DNA of 64,000 nucleotides, taken from positions 124,001 through 188,000 of the IMG/VR virus record IMGVR_UViG_3300049846_000628. One strand, given 5' to 3'. A model generated the notes under the pieces. The model was not told the DNA's origin. It saw nothing but the letters and a program-made list of their open reading frames with translations, and ran no database searches. Positions 1-8,513 of the stretch are shown here, in pieces. The translations under genes were made by a program, and so were the position numbers. Numbering within the stretch: position 1 is the first letter of the stretch; every line of letters starts with the position of its first letter.

Positions 1-1615
1 ATGTTGTTCCATCTTCTGCAGTAACAGAGTATGGTTTTACGATTGAAATGATACCAGTCTTGAGATCTGAGTTGGGAGTATCTGTGAAGAAAACGGTATC
101 TGATACTCCAAACAGATTAAATCCAGTTGATTTGATGTTATATCCAGATTCCTTTACGTGGAACTGATTACCAAAGCAAATTTCATATTGGGTTAGTCTA
201 TTAATTTGTGCCTTTAAGTCTCTTCTGATTCTAACCTTTGTGATATTAGATGTGATTGCAGAATCAGTGTTATCAATAACTTGAAGTACTTTACTATACT
301 TGAATCTACCACCAAACGCATTCAAGTTAGGTGATGCTGCATAAGTATTCAGAGAGTTGATTACTCTATTTCTGAGATCATCGACGGTTGATACTTGTGA
401 GTAGTTATAGTAGATTGAAGAATCTACTTCCACATATAGCGTCTGTAGGTCAACAATTTGAGGTTCTATACCAGCGATTGTGTACTGTCTTAACTTATTT
501 TGAATTTGCTGTTTATTAAACTCAGATACGTATGAACCATTTTTTGGTTTGATGCTGATTATAACTTTACCAAATTGAGGTGGATCTAATTCTTCTCCAC
601 CAACAACGGAAACAGATTCAGTATCTGGATATATTTTTGTCTTTATAATCGCCTCATAATCTCTTCCAGTAACAGCTCTGTACTGAGAAGAATATATTCT
701 TGGTGCAAAGTATCTAATCGAATCAATGTTCTCAATGTTAGATCCATTTTGAGATCTTTGATTTGTAGAAACTACAATAGTATTTGTTGGAATAATTGTA
801 TTTCCTGAGGAAGCTTTCAGAGTTCCTGCGAAGGAGAATGAATTGACTCCATTACCATCCTCACCATCAGTCACAATGTATGTGACTGTGATTACAGATC
901 CATTTTCTAATTTCTTACCAAACTTTCCATCACCAAATAAAATTTGATATTTTTCATCCTTGATTTCTTGAATCAGATAGATTTCAGAAGTACCGTCTAT
1001 ATCAAAAATATTATCAGCAACTGAATATTCTCTACCTAATCCAGTATCACTTAATCCTTTTACATATACAACAATTGTTGAAGTATCAATAAAAGAGTTA
1101 TCTAAGATAAATTTCTGATCTAATGATCCATCAACTACAAATTGTTTTCTTAAAAACGTTCCTTGCTTGATTCTAACGTTATTAAATGCTGCGATCCCGT
1201 TTACAACACTTGCAGAAACATTCTCTGGAGAAGAGAACACATAAGATGTATTTTCTGTGTTACCAGTGCATACTAGACCCGCCTGTAAGGTCAGTGTAGA
1301 AGTACTTACTGTAGTACTCACGTCAAATGAAACAACCGCCTCAGAGGCAATCCTGGAGCGTGGTACGTACCCAATATTTCTTGCTAGAGAAACAACATTC
1401 TCTCTCAGAGTTGCAGAATCTAAGAAAGATTCGTTTACAACTAAGTTAGAGTTAAATGCTGTAATATAAGTGTTATATGCTAGAGTGTCGATTAAAACTG
1501 AGAAGTTAGATCCTTCAAAATCAAAGTCGGTGAATGTAGAATTCGCACGTAAATAATCTTTAATTGAAGCTTTAATCTGATCAAAGTCTAGATTGGAAAA
1601 CTTAGTAAAAGGCAT
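1..1615 (-). CDS. gp6: Baseplate wedge subunit gp6 (3' end beyond window)
   Basis: Hand translation from ATG at 1615: MPFTKFSNLDFDQIKASIKDYLRANSTFTDFDFEGSNFSVLIDTLAYNTY...SATLRENVVSLARNIGYVPRS, the typical gp6 N-terminus; follows gp25. Confidence 0.93.
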   Translation of the reverse strand, partial: MPFTKFSNLDFDQIKASIKDYLRANSTFTDFDFEGSNFSVLIDTLAYNTYITAFNSNLVVNESFLDSATLRENVVSLARNIGYVPRSRIASEAVVSFDVSTTVSTSTLTLQAGLVCTGNTENTSYVFSSPENVSASVVNGIAAFNNVRIKQGTFLRKQFVVDGSLDQKFILDNSFIDTSTIVVYVKGLSDTGLGREYSVADNIFDIDGTSEIYLIQEIKDEKYQILFGDGKFGKKLENGSVITVTYIVTDGEDGNGVNSFSFAGTLKASSGNTIIPTNTIVVSTNQRSQNGSNIENIDSIRYFAPRIYSSQYRAVTGRDYEAIIKTKIYPDTESVSVVGGEELDPPQFGKVIISIKPKNGSYVSEFNKQQIQNKLRQYTIAGIEPQIVDLQTLYVEVDSSIYYNYSQVSTVDDLRNRVINSLNTYAASPNLNAFGGRFKYSKVLQVIDNTDSAITSNITKVRIRRDLKAQINRLTQYEICFGNQFHVKESGYNIKSTGFNLFGVSDTVFFTDTPNSDLKTGIISIVKPYSVTAEDGTT

Positions 1616-1616
1616 T

Positions 1617-2018
1617 TTATCTTGTTGCCTCTAGAATGAATGAATATTGCTGTGATGGAATTTCTTGTCCGATGATGTTATAGAATATTGTAACTTCAAA
1701 CGCATTTTCATCAGGATTTGGATCAACATTCACTCGAACACTATTCACTCTTGGTTCAAAATTTTGAATAGTATTGATAATTTGATCTCTTATGACGCCA
1801 GCAGTACCATAATCAACAAAATCAAATAAACTTGAACGAACTTTTGACCCAAGAACAGAGTTAAAAAACCTTTCTGTAGGAATAGTTTCTACTAAATTGC
1901 GTATTGAACGCATAATAGCACGTTCATTATTCAAAACAGGCAGATCCTTTGTAACGGGATGTGGTTCAAAGGATAAACTAATATCTTTAAATGATCTAGA
2001 TATCCTTGTAACAGCCAT
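1617..2018 (-). CDS. gp25: Baseplate wedge subunit gp25
   Basis: FKDISLSF-HPVT-D, AIMRSIRNLV-T-ERFF, FEPRV motifs of the gp25/GPW family. Confidence 0.93.
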   Translation of the reverse strand: MAVTRISRSFKDISLSFEPHPVTKDLPVLNNERAIMRSIRNLVETIPTERFFNSVLGSKVRSSLFDFVDYGTAGVIRDQIINTIQNFEPRVNSVRVNVDPNPDENAFEVTIFYNIIGQEIPSQQYSFILEATR

Positions 2019-2048
2019 CGGACATAAAATTTCTTTATTTATTTATGA

Positions 2049-2291
2049 CTATTTCCAGGGAGAACCATAGATTGCATCGGTTCCATACTCCCAATCATCA
2101 TAGTCTTCATCATTTCTAATCTTTTCGTGCAACTCAACTTGTTTATGTAAATCGTGTTTGGGTGCAGGGTCGTGCATAACCTCTTGAATGACTCTCTTTT
2201 GCTCAATTTGACCATAATCAGTGACTAATTTCTTAGTTCCCCACATTTCATACATATAATTTTTGTCTCTATCGACTGGTAAGTTGGACAT
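2049..2291 (-). CDS. Hypothetical protein
   Basis: 80-aa ORF with AGGAG RBS and upstream TAAATA late-type promoter. Confidence 0.75.
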   Translation of the reverse strand: MSNLPVDRDKNYMYEMWGTKKLVTDYGQIEQKRVIQEVMHDPAPKHDLHKQVELHEKIRNDEDYDDWEYGTDAIYGSPWK

Positions 2292-2358
2292 AGTAGCTCC
2301 TGTTTTAACGAATAAAACAGAACTTTTATAAAGGAGGTTGCTATCTCCTTACTACTAT

Positions 2359-2700
2359 TTAACGATCTATCTCACGAATCGTATATGAGTCAGAATTGAG
2401 GTATTTGAGAATCTCAAGAGCGATTAATTTTGGATTTCCTTCACCACAAGTGTACACATCAACTGCTAAGCACCCATTTTCTGGCCAAGTGTGGCAAGAA
2501 ACGTGACTTTCTGCGAGTGCAATGACGACTGTACACCCTTGTGGTATAAAACAATGCGAAAATGTGTTCAGAATCGTCATTTTCGCACGATTTATGCCTC
2601 TAATCATAGCATTTTGAAGTGATTCTACGTCATTAATCGCTTCAAAATCAACATCATACACCTCTAAGAGCAGGTGTTTGCCCATCGAATACTGCTTCAA
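2359..2700 (-). CDS. speD: S-adenosylmethionine decarboxylase family proenzyme (pyruvoyl-dependent)
   Basis: GKHLLLE, LAE-SHVSCHTWPE self-cleavage motif, AVDVYTCG. Confidence 0.93.
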   Translation of the reverse strand: MKQYSMGKHLLLEVYDVDFEAINDVESLQNAMIRGINRAKMTILNTFSHCFIPQGCTVVIALAESHVSCHTWPENGCLAVDVYTCGEGNPKLIALEILKYLNSDSYTIREIDR

Positions 2701-2723
2701 CTCAATTTTGTTAAAAAATTTAT

Positions 2724-3314
2724 TTATTCGACATAAAATCCCTTACGAAGATACTCATTATCTTCAATAAAGGTCATATTTTCTACTTTTTCATCATCCC
2801 AAACGGGTATTGCTAAAGAATTTCCATAACGAAAGTCAGGATTTCTTCTAAAATGCACCTCAATCAGGTTTCCATTGATAAATTCACAGTTGATCCACTC
2901 ATAGTTCCCTTTTAAGGACCTTAAAATTTCAAAAAATTCCATTTTTTGATCAACTTTTTCCCATTTTTTCCACTTGTAGTAAGGATCATCTGGATTACGA
3001 GTGCCCAATACAACCAATTCTGCGGTTTGGTTCTTAAAATCTACGCTTAGATGCTCTCCTTCAAAGATCTCACACCAAAACTCAGATGGATGAGCGTGTT
3101 CTATATCATTCTCAATCCATTCTTTACGAGCAAAACGCCCCATCCCAAGTAAATTAAACGATGGGCGCACAATATAAAAGTCGGGCTTGGGAACTGTGGT
3201 GCCCACTGGACCACAAGTATAACCCAAAACCCGACTTAGAAATAACTTATTATAAACCCAGAGGTCTGATGGATGTATGTGATTCCATTCATCATTACCG
3301 TCTAGGTGATACAT
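2724..3314 (-). CDS. Putative ATP-grasp-fold protein
   Basis: YIVRP..NLLGMGRFA, CEIFEGEHLSVDF and INCEF..GNLIEVHFR resemble ATP-grasp motifs in the expected order. Confidence 0.55.
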   Translation of the reverse strand: MYHLDGNDEWNHIHPSDLWVYNKLFLSRVLGYTCGPVGTTVPKPDFYIVRPSFNLLGMGRFARKEWIENDIEHAHPSEFWCEIFEGEHLSVDFKNQTAELVVLGTRNPDDPYYKWKKWEKVDQKMEFFEILRSLKGNYEWINCEFINGNLIEVHFRRNPDFRYGNSLAIPVWDDEKVENMTFIEDNEYLRKGFYVE

Positions 3315-3469
3315 TATCCTTTACCTTGTCCGCGATACTTCTTACGTGCTTTGTTACGAGACGAAGAAGCATACTTAGTTCCCATACCGTCTCCTTGACG
3401 AGACTTCTTAGGAGGTCCAGGCATATAAGAGCTGTTCTTATTCAGTCCGACTTTTGATTTTGCAGCCAT
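3314..3469 (-). CDS. Small Lys/Arg-rich protein (51 aa)
   Basis: Hand translation MAAKSKVGLNKNSSYMPGPPKKSRQGDGMGTKYASSSRNKARKKYRGQGKG; TAATG overlap with next gene. Confidence 0.75.
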   Translation of the reverse strand: MAAKSKVGLNKNSSYMPGPPKKSRQGDGMGTKYASSSRNKARKKYRGQGKG

Positions 3470-3636
3470 AGTTTATTCTCCACTAAAATTTCAGTTTCAA
3501 GATCTTCAGGTTTTGGAGAACCTGTCTGATAATATTCAATCGACAGATCCTCCATTACATTGAAATATTCTTCTTCTGAGAGAGAAGAGTAAATTCTCCT
3601 CCCTTTACAAAGAATATTATAGAGTTCGTTAGCCAT
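3442..3636 (-). CDS. Hypothetical protein
   Basis: Likely start MANELYNILC at 3636, just after the glycosyltransferase stop. Confidence 0.7.
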   Translation of the reverse strand: MANELYNILCKGRRIYSSLSEEEYFNVMEDLSIEYYQTGSPKPEDLETEILVENKLWLQNQKSD

Positions 3637-3640
3637 TCTA

Positions 3641-4405
3641 TCAGATAATTCTTGACTTTTCGTGACCAACTCTGATACGAGGGTCGCACCAGATTTCAAA
3701 GCCTGCTTCCTTAGCATCCAAACAGAACGATACGTCTTCTCCACACATATCTTGTACTTGTCCAGATTCAAAGACTTGCATCTTCGGAGCAAACCAAGGA
3801 TACTTCATCTCCGAATGCTCAAAGACACCCTTCTTAATCAGAACCCATCCAAAACCAGTGTAGTCTACAGTGAATGGCTTACGACGCTTTGAGATGCTAT
3901 CTACGGTTTCGTGATTCATTACACCACCGTTTCCACGGAAGTCATCCTCATCCAACCAATGCGCCACTGAGGTCGTGTGACCGTCTTCCGTTGCATACCA
4001 ACCAGCAGCGATATCTTTCTCCATCAGAACCAATTGCCAAAACTTTTCAGTACTGAAAACGATATCTGAATCAATCCACAACTGCCAATCATAATTCAGT
4101 TTTCCATCCCAGGGAATTTGATCAGGTCCACGCAGTACATTCGCACCCAAACATTTGCATCTTGCAAAGTTTACCATTGATGAATAATCCTGCGAGATCT
4201 GGATACTTGCTCCCGATTGCACTAAGTCAAAACAAAGTTGTACAAAGTTCTTCAGGTAAGTATAAGAAACACCTCTACCAGGAAGACAGAATACAATGGA
4301 CTTCCCCTTCACCATTTCTCTTGCCAGATCATAGTCCCATTCTGGGGCATTTGCTGCTGATGCGACTACGGGCGATTTTGCTTTTACAGTAAATCCTTTA
4401 GCCAT
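3641..4405 (-). CDS. GT-A fold glycosyltransferase-like protein
   Basis: WIDSD (DxD), TGFGWVLIK and GEDVSFC motifs. Confidence 0.75.
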   Translation of the reverse strand: MAKGFTVKAKSPVVASAANAPEWDYDLAREMVKGKSIVFCLPGRGVSYTYLKNFVQLCFDLVQSGASIQISQDYSSMVNFARCKCLGANVLRGPDQIPWDGKLNYDWQLWIDSDIVFSTEKFWQLVLMEKDIAAGWYATEDGHTTSVAHWLDEDDFRGNGGVMNHETVDSISKRRKPFTVDYTGFGWVLIKKGVFEHSEMKYPWFAPKMQVFESGQVQDMCGEDVSFCLDAKEAGFEIWCDPRIRVGHEKSRII

Positions 4406-4438
4406 AAGATAAGTTGATTACTTCAGTATCATACTCTA

Positions 4439-4636
4439 TTATGTATGTTCCGTCAAGACAACCTCATCTCCCTCTATTGTAAATCTTATTTGAGTGTCTT
4501 CGTACCAGGACAGTTCATTCATAATCCTTTCGGGAATCACCACATAATACTGCCCAGTGATTGGATCAACTTGTACGGACTCAAAAATATCTCCGGAATT
4601 TTTTTGCATTTCGGTATAATATTCAACCTTTTTCAA
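4439..4636 (-). CDS. Small AbrB/MazE-like DNA-binding protein
   Basis: GQYYVVIPERIMNELSW.EDTQIRFTIEGDEVVL swapped-hairpin pattern. Confidence 0.55.
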   Translation of the reverse strand: MKKVEYYTEMQKNSGDIFESVQVDPITGQYYVVIPERIMNELSWYEDTQIRFTIEGDEVVLTEHT

Positions 4637-4651
4637 GATTATATATTTAAA

Positions 4652-5392
4652 TCAATATTCAATAAGTAAATTCCAAATTTTTGTTTTCTTTCTTCTTGCT
4701 ACTGAAAGATTACTTGCAATTTTATTGATAGGTAATGTTTTATTTTTCATTCGACTGAAAACAAACTCATAATGATCCTTAACCCAACTTCTTAGGTTAT
4801 ATCCTTTCCATACTTGACCAGTTAAAGTATCTGTAATTGTATAAGATTTATGATTTGGTTCGGAGGCATTTTTAAATCTACTGATCCATCTCAAATTTGT
4901 ATAATGATTGTTTAATTTATTTCCATCGATATGATCAATTTCTGCATGATGCTCTGAATTTGGTATAAAAGTCTCTGCAACTAATTGATGAATAGATTTC
5001 TTAATTTGTTTGTAGTTATTGTTTTCATCTCTAATTGAAATGTTGATGCATTCATACCGATGCTCAGGATATCTTGCATGTCCTCTAAATGCTGGTTTGA
5101 GGTAAATTAGTCCATACTCATTTATTTCTCCATATTTTCCAGTTCTATCATACTTACCCGGTCTTCGGTATGCTTTACCATCCTCTGTGATGTAGTATCC
5201 AGGATATTGTGTTTCTTTCATATCCTCAGGTATTTTTACATCAGGGTAATTGTAAGTTACTTTCTGTTTTGGTTTTGCAATCGGAATATTCCATGTTTCT
5301 CTGGGTTTTTTTAAGTAAACCCATTTGCCGTCCTTTTTAATAAATTGATTTCCATGTTTATCTGTTCTGATTGTCCCCTCTGGATATCTCAT
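4652..5392 (-). CDS. HNH homing endonuclease (free-standing)
   Basis: SIHQLVAETFIPN..EIDHIDGNKLNNHYTNLRW; AT-rich. Confidence 0.88.
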   Translation of the reverse strand: MRYPEGTIRTDKHGNQFIKKDGKWVYLKKPRETWNIPIAKPKQKVTYNYPDVKIPEDMKETQYPGYYITEDGKAYRRPGKYDRTGKYGEINEYGLIYLKPAFRGHARYPEHRYECINISIRDENNNYKQIKKSIHQLVAETFIPNSEHHAEIDHIDGNKLNNHYTNLRWISRFKNASEPNHKSYTITDTLTGQVWKGYNLRSWVKDHYEFVFSRMKNKTLPINKIASNLSVARRKKTKIWNLLIEY

Positions 5393-5625
5393 AGTATTAT
5401 TAAGGTTTTTTGGATAAATTTTTTGCGAAAAAAATTTTGAATTCGTCTGTATTTTGTTTTCTATTTTAACATATAATTAGCTGCCTCTCGTAACACTTTA
5501 TAGCCTGCAGGGACCCATTGATTTTAAACACGGGGGCGGGGCACCCGACCGCACCCCCCGTAGAACTGCCGAACACGAACGCATAAGACTGCCCCCCACG
5601 AACGAACGCAGGGGGCGGGGCAGGG

Positions 5626-5802
5626 TCACCCCCACTGAATCGGTTGCACGTCGGCGGCGTGGGTCTCTGCCCACTGGGCGGCGAGCAGGGTGGCGGGGTG
5701 ACCCACGGGGTCGGTGATCCGATTGAACTTGCTGCCGTCGTTACGGTAGGCGACCCACACGGTCTGGCGGTCACGAAGGCGGGTGGCGGGGGAGAAACGC
5801 AT
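5626..5802 (-). CDS. Early small hypothetical protein (58 aa)
   Basis: Hand-translated MRFSPATRLRDRQTVW...PIQWG, own promoter at 5827-5855. Confidence 0.7.
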   Translation of the reverse strand: MRFSPATRLRDRQTVWVAYRNDGSKFNRITDPVGHPATLLAAQWAETHAADVQPIQWG

Positions 5803-5851
5803 TGGGTTCGGGTGTGAACTGAGAGAATTCTACAGGGTCAGGGGGCAGGGG

Positions 5852-6043
5852 TCAATACCCCAGCCAGACCAGAAACTCACCAGCGTCAACCCCGCCGAAG
5901 GCAGCGGTCGTTCCGTAGTCGGTGCGGAAGTCATCCCACAGACCGTGGAGTTTGGCAGCGTATGCCGCTTCGATCCAGAAGATGGTCCCGTTGTCGGGGT
6001 TGGTGATGGAGGCGATCTGACTGGGGAAGCAGGGGTCGGTCAT
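5852..6043 (-). CDS. Early small hypothetical protein
   Basis: 63-aa ORF directly behind promoter at 6066-6095. Confidence 0.75.
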   Translation of the reverse strand: MTDPCFPSQIASITNPDNGTIFWIEAAYAAKLHGLWDDFRTDYGTTAAFGGVDAGEFLVWLGY

Positions 6044-6100
6044 CGGGTGCCTTGCGGTTGAGAGAATTCTACAGGGTCAGGGGGCAGGGCGTCAACCTGC

Positions 6101-6265
6101 TCACCAGAGCAGGTCCGCGATTGACTGCAGGCGCTTGGCACGGGTTGCCAGTTCCTTAAGGATGGCCCGCTCCTCCTTGGCAGTGGGGTTGCCTTCCCAC
6201 AACCACTCCTCCAGTTGGAAGGAGGTCATGTCGTCGAAGGCGGTGGCGATGGTTCCGTCCAGCAC
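6101..6265 (-). CDS. Early small hypothetical protein (54 aa, GTG start)
   Basis: Hand-translated MLDGTIATAFDDMTSFQLEEWLW...ADLLW; GGAG RBS; own promoter. Confidence 0.65.
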   Translation of the reverse strand: MLDGTIATAFDDMTSFQLEEWLWEGNPTAKEERAILKELATRAKRLQSIADLLW

Positions 6266-6336
6266 GGTGCGCTCCGTTGGTTTGCTCTGGAATTCTACAG
6301 GGTCGGGGGCGGGAGGTCAACCCACCCCCTGGCGGA

Positions 6337-6561
6337 TCAGACCGCCACCCAGTAGGACTTGCCGTTGATCTCCTGCTGTTCTGCCATAATGTAGGAGGCA
6401 GATCCCATGCTACCGCGCCAACCCTGAACCTGGAAGTAGCACTCCTCCAGGGAGTCCTGATAGGCAAGGGTGCTGGTGATCTTACCATCCTGCACGTGCG
6501 CCACAGCGTAGGGATAGCGTTCGGGGGAGAGGATGGTCAGCAGAGGGGTGGGGGCGGTCAT
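6337..6561 (-). CDS. Early small hypothetical protein
   Basis: Start reassigned to MTAPTP at 6561 behind TGnTACAAT (6591-6599). Confidence 0.7.
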   Translation of the reverse strand: MTAPTPLLTILSPERYPYAVAHVQDGKITSTLAYQDSLEECYFQVQGWRGSMGSASYIMAEQQEINGKSYWVAV

Positions 6562-6601
6562 CGGTCGGGGGTGTCGGTTGAACTGAGAGTATTGTAGCAG
6601 G

Positions 6602-6826
6602 TCAGCGGCGCTCGGCGTTGAAGTCCTGCAGTCCCTTAAGGATGCCCTCCAGGAAGGCGGTGCCGATGCCCTCCCAGAATTTGGGGTCGCGGACCAGTTC
6701 AGCAATGGCAGCGAACCAGTCAGCAGGGGTCGCCGCGGCCAACTGTTCGCGCTCTGCAGGAGTCAGGTCTGCCATCATCTGATTCCAGTCGTTCAGCAGT
6801 TGGGTTTCCAGGTTCGGGCGGGTCAT
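6602..6826 (-). CDS. Early small hypothetical protein
   Basis: 74-aa ORF behind TGnTACAAT (6849-6857). Confidence 0.75.
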   Translation of the reverse strand: MTRPNLETQLLNDWNQMMADLTPAEREQLAAATPADWFAAIAELVRDPKFWEGIGTAFLEGILKGLQDFNAERR

Positions 6827-6872
6827 CGGGTCCGTTGCGGTTGAGAGTATTGTAGCAGATGGGGCGGACCCC

Positions 6873-7058
6873 TCAGATCATCACAGTGGTGGGCAGTGCC
6901 CGAACGATGGGGGAGTGGTGGCGGTAGCAGAACTCCCGCAGATCGTGGATGCTCTCACCAGCGAAGTCATCAGCGGTAAAGGTCCAACCGTGGAACTCAC
7001 GGTCGATCTCAGTCAGGGTGTGAGCGATCAGGGAGCGGAGGTTCTGAGCGGTAGTCAT
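6873..7058 (-). CDS. Early small hypothetical protein
   Basis: 61-aa ORF behind TATACT at 7081-7086. Confidence 0.72.
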   Translation of the reverse strand: MTTAQNLRSLIAHTLTEIDREFHGWTFTADDFAGESIHDLREFCYRHHSPIVRALPTTVMI

Positions 7059-7129
7059 CGGTTTCGTTTGAACTGAGATCAGTATAAGGGGTTGGGGTGG
7101 GGTCTCCGGAGACCCCGTGTGCCAGTGCC

Positions 7130-7318
7130 TCAGGCGTCCATCCCCATCGCATCCCGCAGGATGTTGTAGGCGTTCAGGTAGTAGTCTGCGTCAGCACCCT
7201 TACCAGCGACGCGGCAATCGACTGCCAGGCAGAGCACGGCGGTGCGGATAGTGCTCCACTGTGCCTCAGTCAGGGTGATGGAGCAGAGGTCGTTGGGGAG
7301 GACGTTGGTGCGGGTCAT
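7130..7318 (-). CDS. Early small hypothetical protein
   Basis: 62 aa; own promoter; stop inside palindrome 7118-7141. Confidence 0.75.
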   Translation of the reverse strand: MTRTNVLPNDLCSITLTEAQWSTIRTAVLCLAVDCRVAGKGADADYYLNAYNILRDAMGMDA

Positions 7319-7388
7319 CGGTCGTTTGCTTCGGTTCCCTCAGTATAGAGGCAAAAGGGAGGGGTCGTCCCCCTCCGTTGTGCCACTA

Positions 7389-7523
7389 TCAGAATTGGAT
7401 TTCTTCGGCGGTCGGCTGGGCATCGGGCATGGTATCATCCTCTGCGATCGTTTCCAGGATCTGCAGGATGCTGTCGCCGTTGCTGCCTTGGCGGAGCAGG
7501 GACATGGCAAGGTCGCGGGTCAT
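7389..7523 (-). CDS. Early small hypothetical protein (44 aa)
   Basis: Hand-translated MTRDLAMSLLRQGSNGDSILQILETIAEDD...EIQF. Confidence 0.6.
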   Translation of the reverse strand: MTRDLAMSLLRQGSNGDSILQILETIAEDDTMPDAQPTAEEIQF

Positions 7524-7581
7524 TTGAGAATCAGAGTAAAGGTTGCTGAGCAGTTTAAAGTCGTGCTCAGGACTGATAGAT

Positions 7582-7833
7582 TCAGGAGTCGAAAACGTCG
7601 CCGTTGATCTCAGCGCGGTTGATCTTAGGGTCGTCCCACTTTACACCGTCAGGGGTTTCTTTGCTGCCGCAATCATAGAATGCTTCCAGAAGTTCTTCAT
7701 AGCAGCAGATGTCATTCTCCTGAATGAAGTTGTAGATGCTTTCATCATTCTCAATCCAGAGCACCACGTTCCAGGTCTCATAATTGGTCCAACCGTTGTA
7801 GGTCTTGGTGGGAGCGGTGAGGGTGGCGGTCAT
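7582..7833 (-). CDS. Early hypothetical protein (YNGWTNYETW motif)
   Basis: YNGWTNYETWNV.LWI.NDE motif seen in many phage proteins; own promoter. Confidence 0.82.
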   Translation of the reverse strand: MTATLTAPTKTYNGWTNYETWNVVLWIENDESIYNFIQENDICCYEELLEAFYDCGSKETPDGVKWDDPKINRAEINGDVFDS

Positions 7834-7905
7834 TGGGGTTCGGTTCGGAACTTGTTTAGTATAGGGGGCGGGAGGTGCCCCCTGGTGGGTCAGTGTGCCA
7901 GTGCC

Positions 7906-8106
7906 TCAGGCGGCACAAGCGGCAGGGGTCAGGGTGACTTCTACGCTACCGTCGATCGCCAGCAGCGCCGCGTCGATGGCATCCAGGCGGGCTTCCACAA
8001 TGGAAGGCGTGAAGTGCTCAGGATGCTTCACTGCCAGACTCAGCAGCTCACCCTTCCAGGAGATCAGGGCAGTGCGGACGGTGGCGGTGGGGAGGGTCGC
8101 GGTCAT
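7906..8106 (-). CDS. Early small hypothetical protein
   Basis: 66 aa; own promoter; stop inside palindrome 7894-7917. Confidence 0.72.
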   Translation of the reverse strand: MTATLPTATVRTALISWKGELLSLAVKHPEHFTPSIVEARLDAIDAALLAIDGSVEVTLTPAACAA

Positions 8107-8139
8107 CGGGGTCGTTTGATCTGAGAGTATTCTACAGGG

Positions 8140-8310
8140 TCAGCGGGTCTGCCCGCAGTAGGAAGGGGACACTTTACAGAGTGCCTCTGCCTGCCGCTCC
8201 TGGTGCGCGTTGATGGTAGCGACTGCCTCCAGTGCCCAGGCACCTGCCACAATGCTCACCATGGCGAAGCACATAATGGCGAGAGAGTTCTGAAAGGAAC
8301 GTTCGGTCAT
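8140..8310 (-). CDS. Early small membrane protein (56 aa)
   Basis: Hand-translated MTERSFQNSLAIMCFAMVSIVAGAWALEAV..., one hydrophobic segment; own promoter. Confidence 0.6.
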   Translation of the reverse strand: MTERSFQNSLAIMCFAMVSIVAGAWALEAVATINAHQERQAEALCKVSPSYCGQTR

Positions 8311-8345
8311 CGGTTCGGTTCGGTTGATGGAATCAGTCTACAGGG

Positions 8346-8513
8346 TCAACGGGAGATGAGGTCGCCTGCAGTGTACAGTGCCTCAGCTGTCACACTGCGA
8401 ATCGGTTGCATCGGACCCCAGAACGTGTAGAGCAGGGCACCGCCGATCAGGAGTTTAATCATGGTAGCACGGTGAAACTCAGGAGAGCGGGAGCGGGTCA
8501 GGGAGCGCATCAT
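8346..8513 (-). CDS. Early small membrane protein (55 aa)
   Basis: Hand-translated MMRSLTRSRSPEFHRATMIKLLIGGALLYTFWG...; ATGA overlap with upstream ORF. Confidence 0.55.
   Translation of the reverse strand: MMRSLTRSRSPEFHRATMIKLLIGGALLYTFWGPMQPIRSVTAEALYTAGDLISR

Larger units (their letters stand above)
5821..6320 (-). promoter_or_regulatory. Three repeated sigma70-type promoters TTGAC-N17/18-TAGAAT
   Basis: -35/-10 at 5850-5855/5827-5832, 6090-6095/6066-6071, 6315-6320/6292-6297; 5821-5850 identical to 6060-6089. Confidence 0.9.

Noticed and set aside
5466-8430. Plus-strand and alternative-frame ORFs in the GC-rich region (e.g. 5466-5774, 6156-6488, 7543-8124)
   Set aside because: Stops are rare at high GC; these cross promoters, while the minus-strand ORFs fit the promoter-leader pattern
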